64,000 bases of DNA from Octopus sinensis (taxonomy: Eukaryota), in NCBI RefSeq assembly GCF_006345805.1, contig NC_043004.1:79856001-79920000 (forward strand), written 5' to 3'. Shown piece by piece: positions 38,141 to 50,135 of the stretch. Under the pieces are notes generated by a model. It saw only the letters and a list, made by a program, of their open reading frames with translations, ran no database searches and was not told the DNA's origin. A program made the translations under genes and the position numbers. Within the stretch, counting starts at the first letter, position 1. Each line of letters starts with the position of its first letter.

Positions 38141-39557
38141 GAAAAATTTAATTAAGGCCCTTTAAGTTCTGACTGAAGAACCCCACTGAGATTTGTGTTA
38201 TCCTTTTATTCTTTGTCAATAAAATAAAAATACAAGGGTTGATTTAATTAACTATACCCACACCCAGAGTTAAGGCCATGTGATTATGAACCCCTAAATT
38301 TGAAGTCATGTGTTTATACACCCCAAAATTTGGGGCCATCGTTAGATGTCAATACAATCCCGATTTTTTTTTTTTTTCTATATTCACATTTTATAGTTTC
38401 CTCACACTCTCTCTCTCCCCTCCTCTCTTGCTCTCTCTCCCCTCCCCTTCTCTCTCTCCCTCCTTCTCCTTGAAATGGCAGTTCCCCAAGTTTGTGTCCT
38501 GTCATATTACCTTCCATACACACCCTACTTGACCCCTGGCTATCTTTAGTAGGGTTCGCTCTGTTGCAAGGCACCTAAACAATCCATTGCCCTCCATACA
38601 CCCCAATTTGACCTTTGGCTACCTTAAACAGGGTCAGCTCTGTCACAAACATTCCAACCTGATTTTTGGTCACAAGAGAAATGGTTTTGCTGCTTCCATG
38701 CGTCATGGTTTCTTCCTCACCCTTCATTCCACCACTCCCAGGATCCCTACAAAATGTCACAGGCACTGTTTTTGTCTCCTGACTAACCGCTTGACAAAAA
38801 CTTCTGCTGTCAGTTCCATTAGAGAATTTGGTCTCTCTTCTGTCTTCCCATGATTCCTTGCTGGCTTTTTCACTCTATTGATAATACACATAAACACACA
38901 TACAAATTCTCATACATAGTCAGACACATATGTACACATATACAAAAATATACATATATACACATACATGTCGATACACACTTACACACATGGATAACAT
39001 ACATACACACACATGTACTTACACACATACACATATAGACACATATGGACACATAACTTACATTCTTAAATATGCACACAAACACACAGGCACTTGAATA
39101 CTCACACATACACACAAATATATGTACACACACAAACATGGTATTCAATTCCTGTCTCTCCCAATCCTATTCCAAACAAGCCTGTCTCCATCACCCCGCT
39201 ATTGTGGATGAACTTTTGTGGTGCTTCTAACAATTACCAAACCCTTAGCTATATTCATTATTTATTCATAAATAAACTGTTTTACTTTTATATTTATTTA
39301 TATCATTATTTATTTGATATCACAATTTGTAAAAGATAGCATCTTTTGTTACAAGTTTTTAACGAGCCTATCACTGGTTCAGTGCATTTCTGAGAAAGTG
39401 GATGACAAGGGATTGTGTGTCAATTTGTGCAGAACAAATATCACTAGGGTCCTAATTTTAAAATTATTTGTTTGGTATTTTCTTGCCAACATTTTACATT
39501 CTTAATTGATATCTAATGATATACGCATATGCTTGTGTGTGTATGTTTATATATTTG

Positions 39558-39611
<54 letters not shown>

Positions 39612-40254
39612 TGTATCTGTATGTACACATGTAGATATATGCATGTATGGCTGAGCAATTAAGTTCATTTCCCAATCCTATGCTTTTCATTTCAATCCCA
39701 TTGCATGGCTTCTTAGGCAAATGTCTTACACTATAGCCTTGGGTTCACCACAGCCTTGTGAGTGAATTTGGTAGATGGAAACTGAAAGAAGCTTGTTGTA
39801 ACTTCTTGTCTCGATGTCATGTGATAGTTGGAACCAAGTGCTGCCATCATGCAAGTAGTGTCTTTAATTTCCAAGCTTTCTTGGAAACACAGCCAGCCTA
39901 GCTTCAAAACGGATGAAGATTGGGGACAGAAGGGGCATCTGGTTGCAGAAAATCTATCTCAAGCGATTGAGTTGTACCAATGCAAAAGGCATGGGAAATT
40001 AGACATTAAAATGTATGTTTTCATGGAAGATCAAGAATGAAAGACACAGTGTGGTGGAGAATTACATTTACAAATGCTGCATCATATCAAAACAAAGCAA
40101 CTCATGCGTGCACACACGCACACCCTCTCAAATAAATGTAAAGGTAATCATGAACTCCATCTGCAGACATTGTGTTGGAACACAGAATACGGCATCATTT
40201 TCGTTAGGAGAAAAATCTCATAAGGCCTCGAGAGATCCTCTCAAGATAAATAAG

Positions 40255-40680
40255 GTGCAGGAGTGGTAAGTAGCTTGCTTAACAACCACATGGCTCCGGG
40301 TTCAGTCCCACTGTGTGGCACCTTGGGCAAGTGTCTTCTACTATAGCCTCGGGCCGACCAAAGCCTTGTGAGAGGATTTGGTAGACGGAAACTGAAAGAA
40401 GACCGTCATATATATATATATATATAATTTCAACAATTACTATATATATATATATATATAATGTACGTATGTGTTTGTGTGTCTGTGTTTGTCCTCCACC
40501 ATCACTTGACAACCAATGCTGGTGTGTTTACGTCCCCATAAGTTAGCAGTTTGGCAATAGAGACCAATAGAATAAGTACTAGGTATACAAAGAGTAAGTC
40601 CTGGGGTCGATTTGCTCGACTAAATGTGGTGCTCCAGCATGGCCACAGTCAAATGACTAAAACAAGTAAAAAGAATAAGG
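40255..40680 (+). mobile_element. Family A SINE, full length
   Basis: Near consensus. Confidence 0.9.
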
Positions 40681-40777
40681 CAATATTCCGTATTCCAACA
40701 CAACCTCTCACATTAAGTTGGATATCACGATTGCCCTTTTGTATTAATACTGCTTTTGTAGCTGTTAATTATATATA

Positions 40778-41017
40778 CAGGGTCGCCCAAAGTAGGTTTA
40801 CAGTTATCACATAGGCACTTCAAATTTCTTTTAAAATATTTTATTACATTTAAATTTCCATCTTACAATCACATTGTTTATTCACATCTTAAACAGGCAA
40901 TGCTTAATCTCTCAGATGCTCAAAATGTCCTCCTTCAACATTGCAATATTCTTCAAACCTCTTCAGAACACTCTAACACACAGTGTAGCACAAATTCCAA
41001 TCTTCATCAATTTCAAC
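40778..41017 (-). mobile_element. Tc1/mariner transposon right end with transposase C-terminus (40904-41017)
   Basis: VEIDEDWNLCYTVC*SVLKRFEEYCNVEGGHFEHLRD*; terminus TA-CAGGGTCGCCCAAAG. Confidence 0.75.
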
Positions 41018-41041
<24 letters not shown>

Positions 41042-41050
<9 letters not shown>

Positions 41051-41345
41051 TAATATGACAACAAAAGAATGAATGAGACCTCGATATTATGTAATATAGA
41101 GGAATTTATCTATAATATAATATGTAACAATTAGTCGGTTGCCATAATAAAACTCAGAGTTTCAGATGTCGGGGCGGAATTCTGCTCCGGCATCTTGTCA
41201 GTTATTAAGACAAGCAAAATTGCTATGAAAATGACCATTAAATAAAGGGAAATTACTATGAAGATGACTGTTATTAAGACATACAAAAGAGCTATGAGAA
41301 TGACTGTTAAATAAAGGGAAATTACCTGAATAGGGAGAAAGTATA
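41042..41345. mobile_element. Penelope-like family P2 insert
   Basis: (TA)n flanks; homologous to 33400-33605; internal about 70-bp duplication at 41200-41325. Confidence 0.55.
41146..41206 (-). ncRNA. Hammerhead-like motif, family P2, decayed core
   Basis: Minus strand: AATAA-CTGACAA-GATG.CGG...CCG.CATC-T-GAAA-CTC(T)GAG-TT-TTATT; G8A consistent with CpG decay. Confidence 0.45.
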
Positions 41346-42265
41346 TACATGATATACACATATATATATATATATATATAAATACAGTTTGCAAGAATTT
41401 TATATATGAGTGTGTGTGTGAGTGTATATATATATATATATATAAAATTCTTGCAAACTGCATAATGGCCTTACTAGTGCTGGGGGCATCAAAAAAAAAA
41501 AAAGGGCTCAGTAAGCCGGTTGGCATTAGGAAGAACCTCCAACCATAGAAACCCTTCCAAAGCCAACACTGGAGCATAATGCTGTCCTTGGGCCCGTCGG
41601 GTTCTGTCAAACCATCCAACATATGCCAGCATGGAACATGGACACTAAATGATGATAGTAATAACTGGTTTCTTACAGTATACATCTGTCAAATCAATCC
41701 ACACATGTCTTTAGTCAGCCCAAGTCTCTTGTAGAAGACACTTGCCCAAGGTGCTTTGCCGTGGGACTGAACCTGAAACCATGTGGTCCAGAAACCAAGC
41801 ATGTAAACATACATGAAGTGAAGAACAACATTGAGAAACAGAATATAAACTGTGTACATACATTGTTTATAGTGGTGGTGATGGTGGTGGTGGTGGTAGT
41901 AAAGCTATTTGGAAAAGGATGTAACCATATTTAAGTTAAGGTTCTGATAACAAAGAACATTCTGACTTTTCTAATGGCAAAGAGACCTGTGAACAACATT
42001 GTTGAATTACTTTCCTTATCAGTGACCATACTTCAAAAAAAATATATATATGGTTATTGTACAAATGTAACTAAATGGATGAATAAATGCATTATGGAAG
42101 ACCTGACAGACAAAGATAAAGTATATTGTGTACATGCATTGATTCTTTGTGTGAAAGAATGAAAGAACTGATACTTAGAGGAAGATCTGTGTGAGTGGCA
42201 GTGAGAGGAGGAGTTAAAACAATTATCTGTGTTTCCTTAAAAGTATTGATCTGCTACTATATATA

Positions 42266-42320
<55 letters not shown>

Positions 42321-42489
42321 ATAACCATTTTGTGTATCAATTATCTCAGTGAAGAAGAAAAATCAATAATCATCTCATTGCATAATGAAAACTCACACAC
42401 ATACATGTGTGTGTATATATATAAATATATGTGTGTGTGTGTGTATATATATATACATACACATTGTGGTGCAGTACATTCATGGTTAT

Positions 42490-42930
42490 ATCATATAATC
42501 AGTGGGAGAGTTACCATTGGTTTCGTATCTGCTATTGCATTTGGCAATTCTGCTGATTCTTCAGATACATTGGCTGGAAGCACGTGGCCTCTTTAATGCT
42601 GGAAGTAAAGATACAGTCTTGGTTTTGCTCGATGGTGAAAAAAGCAGTGCAAAATAACATAACATTTCCTTGAAGGAAAGAAGAGTTATCTTCCATTGTA
42701 GGATTTCAGCTGTCACCAGAGGGGGTCAGCTGTACCTGCATGCATGTTTTTCATTGTTTAGTCCAAAAAGAGGAAGACCACATTACCAAAATGAATTTTA
42801 ATCATCAATAAGCTAAGATTGCATATTCACTTCCATCATTAAAGAGGCTTTGCTTCTGGCCAGCAGGTTTAAAAAGTCTTCATTATTTGTCAAGTGCAAT
42901 GGTAGACACAAAGCCAATGGTAACCATCAG
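42490..42930. repeat. Diverged inverted repeat, arms about 130-150 bp
   Basis: cttccagcattaaagaggc...aaaccaatggtaac (minus strand, left arm) vs cttccatcattaaagaggc...aagccaatggtaac (right arm). Confidence 0.75.
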
Positions 42931-43014
42931 GTATATGCCACTGCTTTAGTTCTCTTTTAGAGTATTCTTTTTTTTTTTATCTGACTTATGAACAACTAAC
43001 CGATAATACATATT

Positions 43015-43250
43015 TCTTTATTACCCACAAGGGGCTAAACATAGAGGGGACAAACAAGGTCAGACAAACGGATTAAGTCGATTACAATGACCCCAATGAG
43101 CAACTGGTACTTAATTTATCGACCCTGGAAGGATGAAAGGCAAAGTCGACCTCGGCGGAATTTGAACTCACAATGTAACGACAGACGAAATACCACTCAG
43201 CATTTCGCCCAGCGTGCTAACGATTCTGCCAGCTCGCCGCCTTGACCCAG
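43015..43250 (-). mobile_element. Family B SINE
   Basis: Reverse complement, near consensus. Confidence 0.87.
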
Positions 43251-43294
43251 CTCACCACCTTCATAACCAATAATACAGACACACCCAAACATAC

Positions 43295-43703
43295 ATATCT
43301 TTTACTTGTTTCAGTCATTGGACTGGTGCCATGCTGGGGCACCACCTTGAAAAATTTTAAGCTTAATGCTTATTCTATTGAGCTATTTTGATGGACCACT
43401 AAGTTATAGGGACGTAAACACATCAACACCGGTTGTTAAGTGGTGGGGGAGGCAAGAAACACAGACCCAAAAGGCACACACATAGATATATGTGTGTGTG
43501 TGTGTGTGTGTGCGTATGTATGTATGTATATATATATATATATATATGAATGTCCTCTTTCAGTTCACACTTACCAGATTCACTCACAAGGCTTTGGTTA
43601 GCCTGAGGCTATTGTAGCAGACAGTTGCCCAATGTTCCATGCAGTGGGGCTGAACCTGGAATCCTATGGCTGAGAAGCAAACTTCTTACCACACAGCCAC
43701 ACC

Positions 43704-43705
<2 letters not shown>
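43295..43705 (-). mobile_element. Family A SINE
   Basis: Reverse complement of family A. Confidence 0.8.
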
Positions 43706-43729
<24 letters not shown>

Positions 43730-43734
<5 letters not shown>

Positions 43735-44215
43735 ATCATCGTTTAATGCCCGTTTTCTATGCTGGCATGGGTTGGATACTTCAACTGGGGTCTGGGACGC
43801 CAGGAGGCTGCATCAGGCTCCATTCTGATCTCGTAGTGTTTCTACAGCTGAATGCCCTTCCTAACACCAACTACTCCAAGAGTGTAGTGGGTGCTTTTTA
43901 CGTCCCACTGGCACAGGGGCCAGAATAGCTGGCATCAATCACGATCGGATGGTGCTTTTTACATGCAACTGGCATGGAAGCCAGTCAAAGTGGCACTGGC
44001 ATCAGCCACGTTTGGATGGTGCTTTTTACGTGCTACTAGCGCAGGGCTCACAACTACAATTTCTATTTGATATTGATTTACTTGACTCGGTGTGTCTCCT
44101 CAAGCACAGCTTGTTGCCCTACAATCCAAGGTTATGCAACACTGGTGTGGGTTACAGCTGTAAACTCACTTTATTTGCCAGGTCTTCTCAGTCACAGCAT
44201 ACCTCTAGAGGTCTC
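43730..44215 (-). mobile_element. RTE LINE 3'UTR fragment, same family as 29496-30245
   Basis: Minus strand agacctctagaggtatgctgtgactgagaagacc...gtgcttgaggagac matches 29790-29950. Confidence 0.8.
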
Positions 44216-44334
44216 AGCAGCATATATAGAATTAATTTTTAAAAAATGAAGAAAAAACATAAGAAAAAGAAAACAACTCGAGGACGTGGTACATGCAAAA
44301 TATTAGCAGACACTCAGGGAAAGAAAGAAAGGTA

Positions 44335-44369
44335 GTTTTACATTTCGAGCAAAACTCTTCTTCAGAAAC
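44335..44369 (-). ncRNA. Minimal type I hammerhead motif in Penelope-like fragment (about 44235-44430)
   Basis: Minus strand: GTTT-CTGAAGA-A-GAGT(ttt)GCTC-GAAA-TG-TA-AAAC. Confidence 0.6.
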
Positions 44370-45090
44370 AGGAGACGGAGAAAAGTCCAAGAGAAAAGGA
44401 AGATGGAGGAAAAAATCACCAATGATCCACATGTAGTTACATGCATGTGTGTGTGTACATGTATATATACACACACACATACATCTATATGGTTAAAAAA
44501 ACCGAGTACAGATCAATACTCCTTTGGCCTCTCTGCGTCTGTGAGTTACAATTTGTGTCAACAATCTGTTATCAGTGCTCCACCCCCAAAAACAAAGACA
44601 ATAAGTAAATATATAAATAAATGAATAAAAAGTTGCCATGACAATTATTAACTAACGAATTCCAAAATCTCATATCTCTTTGCCATGCCATATATTTGAT
44701 TAAGCCTGATATGAAGAGGTTTAACGGGATGTGTATGTATATGTGTGTGTGTGTGTGTGTGTAAGAGATAGTCTTAAAATCTATGTCACCTCTCAGTCTA
44801 TTAACTATACAAACTAGTTTTATTGATACCTCGTTAGAGAAGGATGTTGTCTCAATCAGAATAATTTGTAATTAATCCCCATTTAGAAATGAAGACATGT
44901 TGCTCCCAAATAGATTAGGTAATACCATGTATGTGTATGTATTTGTGTATAGATGAACTTGGATGTGTGTGTGAGCATGTATACATAGATATATATTTAT
45001 ATAATAGTGAGAAAGAGATGTATGCATATATCTATGTATTTATATAAATCTGTGTGTTTGAGTATATATATATATATATGTGTGTGTGTG

Positions 45091-45123
<33 letters not shown>

Positions 45124-45879
45124 CTTTGTTTGAATGTATGTGTATGAATAAATATATATGTGTATGTGTTTGTGTGTATGAAACTGGTACTTTGTTGGTT
45201 AGGACAAGTGCTCCATTTGATCTGATCCACAGAAAGGCCTTTCATGAAATTAATATGCAGGGGTGATGCACTCTGTAGACATGTGTAACCTTAATGTAGT
45301 TTTCACAAAAATTCTGCATGACAACTAAAGAGGTACCTGACTCAGGGGTTAGTGTTGGACTCATGATCAGAAGATTATGATTTCGATTCCTGGACCGAGC
45401 GATGTGTTATGTTAAGCAAAACACTTTATTTCATGCTGCAAAAATGAGTAATCCAGTGACAGGACTGTGATCCCATCCAGGTGGGGAATTAATCCGCAAT
45501 GAAACTGACCCTTATGAATCAGTATGACTCGAGAAGGTACAAGTCATTTTAGTCAGCTGAGGGAATTGGAGTGACTTGTAATGAAGTGCCTTGCTCAAGG
45601 ATATAATACACTTACTAGATTCTGTCAAACTGTCCATTTTCCATTGCATAGAAAATGGATGGTAAATGATGATGATGATATATTTTGGTCCTTTACATGT
45701 TTCAGTCAATGGACTGTGGCCATGCTGGAGCACTGCCTGGAAAGGTTTAAGTCAATCAAATCACCCACCTACCTTGTTTCTTATTTGAGTATAAACAGTT
45801 TACAGGGAAGTAAACAAACCAACAGCTGTTGTCAATCAGTGGGAGGGAGAAACACTGATATACATACACCCACACACTC

Positions 45880-45990
45880 TCACACACACATACTTGATCT
45901 CACACACACTTGCTCTCACACACACTTGCTCACACACACTCACCCTCACACACTCACCCTCACACATTCACCCTCACACACTCACTCACT

Positions 45991-46033
<43 letters not shown>

Positions 46034-46065
46034 TCACTCACTCACTCACACTCATTCGCTCGTTC
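45880..46065. repeat. (CA)n/(CTCA)n degenerate microsatellite
   Basis: Direct reading. Confidence 0.9.
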
Positions 46066-46299
46066 GTTCACATTTATTGGGGCTTCCAAATAGGTTCCAT
46101 CAGCAAATTTACTCACCAGACATTGGTCGGCCTGGGGTTATTGTAGGAGAAGACTCTTGCCCAAGGTACCATGCAGTGGGACTGAACCTGAGACCATGTG
46201 GTTGCAAAGCCAGCCTCTTAACCCACACAGCCATGTCTGTGGTTCAACAGTCTTCTACTGTAGCCACATCCCAAATCACCCTTTTTTCACTTCACCTGT

Positions 46300-46628
46300 T
46301 TTAATCATCAGACTGTGACCATGCTGGAGCACAGCTCTGAAGAAATTTAAACCTTTTTTTTAAAGTCTGGTACTTATTCCATCGATCTTTTTTTGCCAAA
46401 CCACTAAGTTACAGGGATGTAAGCACATCAACACCAGTTGTCAAGCAGTGAGATAGGGGACAGTCACACACAATGGGCTTCTTTCAGTTTCTGACTACCA
46501 AATCCATTCACAAGGCTTTTGTTGGCCCAAGGCTATAGTAGAAGACACTCACCCAATGTGCCACACAGTAGGACTGACTGGGGACCATATAGTTGGTGAG
46601 CAAGCTACTTACCCCACAGCCACTCCTG

Positions 46629-46676
<48 letters not shown>

Positions 46677-46830
46677 ACTGTCTTCTTTCAGTTTCTGACT
46701 ACCAAATCCATTCACAAGGCTTTTGTTGGCCCAAGGCTATAGTAGAAGACACTTGCCCAACTTGACATGCATGGGATTGAACCCGGAATCATGTGGTTGG
46801 GAAGCAAACTTCTTACTACACAGCCACTTG
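46300..46830 (-). mobile_element. Family A SINE with locally duplicated segment
   Basis: 46478-46549 identical to 46682-46753. Confidence 0.82.
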
Positions 46831-47670
46831 GAAAACAGAACATGAAAGAAACCCATTTTGCATGTGTGTGTGTGTGTGTGTGTGTCTGTGTGTACACGTG
46901 TTCTCTTGTCTTGACATTGTGTGGCAATTGTGAAAATAACTGAGTTAACCACAGAGCAGAACATTTCTATAGAACACTTACGATTCAAACAGTGCCCTTT
47001 GTCCAGTAAGCTGACTATACTACTGTTACTGCTACTACTACTACTACTACAACCACCATCACTTATGTATTTATTGTGCAGCTGTTATTAACTTACTGAC
47101 CTCTAACTGATAGATTGTGTATTTATTGTCTGTCATTGAAAACTTGTTATTGAACTGTGTTAGGATTTTAGCTGTTGTGTATTATATTGCTTGCCTTATT
47201 GTTTTGGTTGGTGAAAAAGCTGTCCATTTTGTAAATAGATCTAAAGAACATTGCTCCCTGTTTTGGCTGATAAAAAATTACTATTTTAGGGTTAGATTAA
47301 TCAATACATGAATTTAACTGTAGTATTCTGTATGTATTGGTTCAGGCATGGCTGTGTGTGGTTAAAATGCTGGCTTTCCAGCCATGTGGTTTTGGGTTCT
47401 GCCCTGCTGTGTGGTACTTTGGGTTGGTGTCTTCGGCTGCAATCTTGGACTGACCAGGACCATGTAGGTGGATTTGGTGGATGGAAACTGAAAGGAGTAC
47501 CCAGCATAGCCACAACTCTTGATCTATATCTAATAAAAGAAATATATGTTGAAGTGAATCAAATGGCTTTTGTGTGTTTCTTAAATGGCTTACAAACACC
47601 TTCCACGCTGCAATTGTTTTCGTTTCAGCACACAATCTCAGATCAAATCACTTGCTATGCAAGTACATCT

Positions 47671-47708
<38 letters not shown>

Positions 47709-47709
47709 T

Positions 47710-48085
47710 CTTTACTCTTTTACTTGTTTCAGTCATTTGACTGTGGCCATGCTGGAGCACCACCTTTAGTCGAGCAAATCAACCCCAGGACTTATTCTTT
47801 GTAAGCCTAGTACTTATTCTATTGGTCTTTTTTGTCAAACCGCTAAGTTACGGGGACATAAACACACCAGCATCGGTTGTCAAGCGATGTTGGAGGGACA
47901 AACACACACACTCGTATATACATATACACGACGGGCTTCTTTCAGTTTCCATCTACCAAATCCACTCACAAGGCTTTGGTCAGCCTGAGGCTATAGTAGA
48001 AGACTTGCCCAAGGTGCCACGCAGTGGGACTGAACTCGGAACTAATGTGGTTGGTAAGCAAGCTACTTACCACACAGCCACTATA
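47710..48085 (-). mobile_element. Family A SINE, full length
   Basis: Near consensus. Confidence 0.9.
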
Positions 48086-48499
48086 TATACTGTGCTGGTG
48101 TCACATGAAAAGCACTTGTGCTGGTGCCATATCATGTGAAAAGCGCCTAGTCCACTCTGTAAAGTGGTTGGCATTAGGAAGGGCATCCAGCCATAGAAAC
48201 CATGACAAAACAGACACCTGGAGCCTGGTGCAGCCCTCAGGCTTGTTAGCTCCTGTCAAACTATCCAACCCATGCCAGCATGGAAAACACATGTTAAATG
48301 ATGATGATAATGTGGTATGTATTGTGTGTGTATGTATTTAGTATTTAGTATTTTTTCACCCTTGTTTTTTCCCACAATGTGTTTTGGATCAACTTATTTC
48401 TCGGCTATGTCTACCCCAACTTGCAGCCATTTACAGTTATTTCTTTAAAATTAGTTTCCCAATCAGCTTTCAATGTTTGTTCATTGAACCAGTGTCTAC

Positions 48500-48715
48500 A
48501 AAATATTCTTTTCTACTCTAGGCATAAGGCCCGCAATTTTTGGAGAGGGACCAGTTGATTAGATCAACTCCAGTACACAACTGGTACTTAATTTATCAAC
48601 CCCGAAAGGATGAAAGGCAATGTTGACCTCGGTGGAATTTGAACTCAGAACGTAAAGACAGACAAAATAGTGCTACGCATTTTACCCAGTGTGCTAACAT
48701 TTCTGCCAGCTCAGC
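48500..48715 (-). mobile_element. Family B SINE
   Basis: Reverse complement of family B. Confidence 0.82.
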
Positions 48716-48789
48716 GCTTTAGTGTCTACAAAATATTATATTGCGTTTACTCATAATTTGTAAAATTTCATTATTCTATTTTATCACAA

Positions 48790-48907
48790 CCGTCTGACGA
48801 ACATTCACGTGAAACTCTGAGTAACAATTTGTGAAGGTTTTTTCATGGGGTTTTTTTTTCCCCTTTCATCCCTTTCTGTCGAAGAGCATAGATTCAAAAC
48901 ATCAAAG
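48790..48907 (+). ncRNA. Two hammerhead-like motifs in tandem
   Basis: 48794 CTGACGA-AC(attcac)GT-GAAA-CTC(T)GAG-TA; 48872 CTTT-CTGTCGA-A-GAGC(atag)ATTC-AAAA-CATC-AAAG. Confidence 0.45.
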
Positions 48908-49019
48908 ACTTTTCCATTTTTTCCAAGCATTCAACTAATACGCCTGCTTGCTGTTCTCTCACCTGACTGTTTTTTGTTTTTTTTTGTACATTTGAACCAT
49001 GTATAGATAGAGGTATGTG

Positions 49020-49440
49020 TGTGTGTGTCCATCGTTTTGTTTTCATATCATGTGATGGTTGTAAATGAGTATCATTCATTTCCATTCTTTTGTAAAAGCA
49101 TATCAAATCAAGGAGAAATTTCTCCTTTTTTCTTTGGCAACAAGAAGGCATCTGGCCATAGGAAATCAGTGTTAACAAATTCTGTCTGACCCCATGCAAG
49201 CATGGAAAAGTGGATGTTAAATTGAAGACAATCATCATCATCATCATCATCACTAACATTTAATATCTGTTTTTCAGGCTGGCATGGGTTGGATGTCTTG
49301 ACAAGAACTAGTAAGGCCAGGCACCACACCAGTTTCCATAATCTGTTTCGGCTTGGTTTCTGCAGCCGAATGTCCTGCCTGATAGTGACCACTTTACAGA
49401 GTGGACTGGGTGCTTTTTATATGGCCCCAACACCCACACT
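49020..49440. mobile_element. Two family O elements tail-to-tail
   Basis: + copy ends ggatgttaaa at about 49220; - copy begins (cat)n-ttaatatctg. Confidence 0.7.
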
Positions 49441-49824
49441 GATGCTTTTTACATTGCACTTTGGTTTTAGGATCTCAATTCTGTTGTGCTGGGTGGGTCT
49501 TCTTTGAGTAAAACAATGCCTCACAATTTTGGCCTCGGTCAGCTTCATAAGTTTCAGACTTTTGAGATTGGCCTCCAGTACTTTGTCCACGACTTCCATC
49601 CATTAATGATGATGGTTGCTATTCTGTTGTGATCTCTATCGATAACTCTTTTAACCGAGACTGTCTTATCTATGGAATGAAATCAAAGACATAACTTGGG
49701 ATGCAGACAACATTTATTCTATTTCTGATCTAATTGCCTGATCAATCAATATCTTAAATTGTCATATATTGATATCAGCTACTGTACATCACTCACTGAG
49801 ATTGTGGCTTCAAGTGTGTGCACG

Positions 49825-50135
49825 TGCACATGGCTTAGTGGTTAGAGTATCCAGCTCATAGTCACAAGATCACGGGTTCAATTCCCAATGACATATTGTG
49901 TCCTTGAGCAAGACACTTTAGTTCATGTTGCTCCAGTTCATTCAGTTGGCAACATTACCTGTATTTCAAAGGGCCAGCCTTGTCACACTCTGTGTCATGC
50001 TGAATCTCCCTGAGAACTACAATAAGGGTACATGTGTCTGTGGATTGCTCAGCCACTTGCATGTTAATCTCATGAGCAGGCTATTGCATTGATCAGATCA
50101 ACTGGAACCCTCATCATCATAACTGACTTTGTGCC
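49825..50135 (+). mobile_element. Family C SINE
   Basis: tggcttagtggttag...ggttcaattcc...gtgtccttgagcaagacacttt. Confidence 0.8.
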
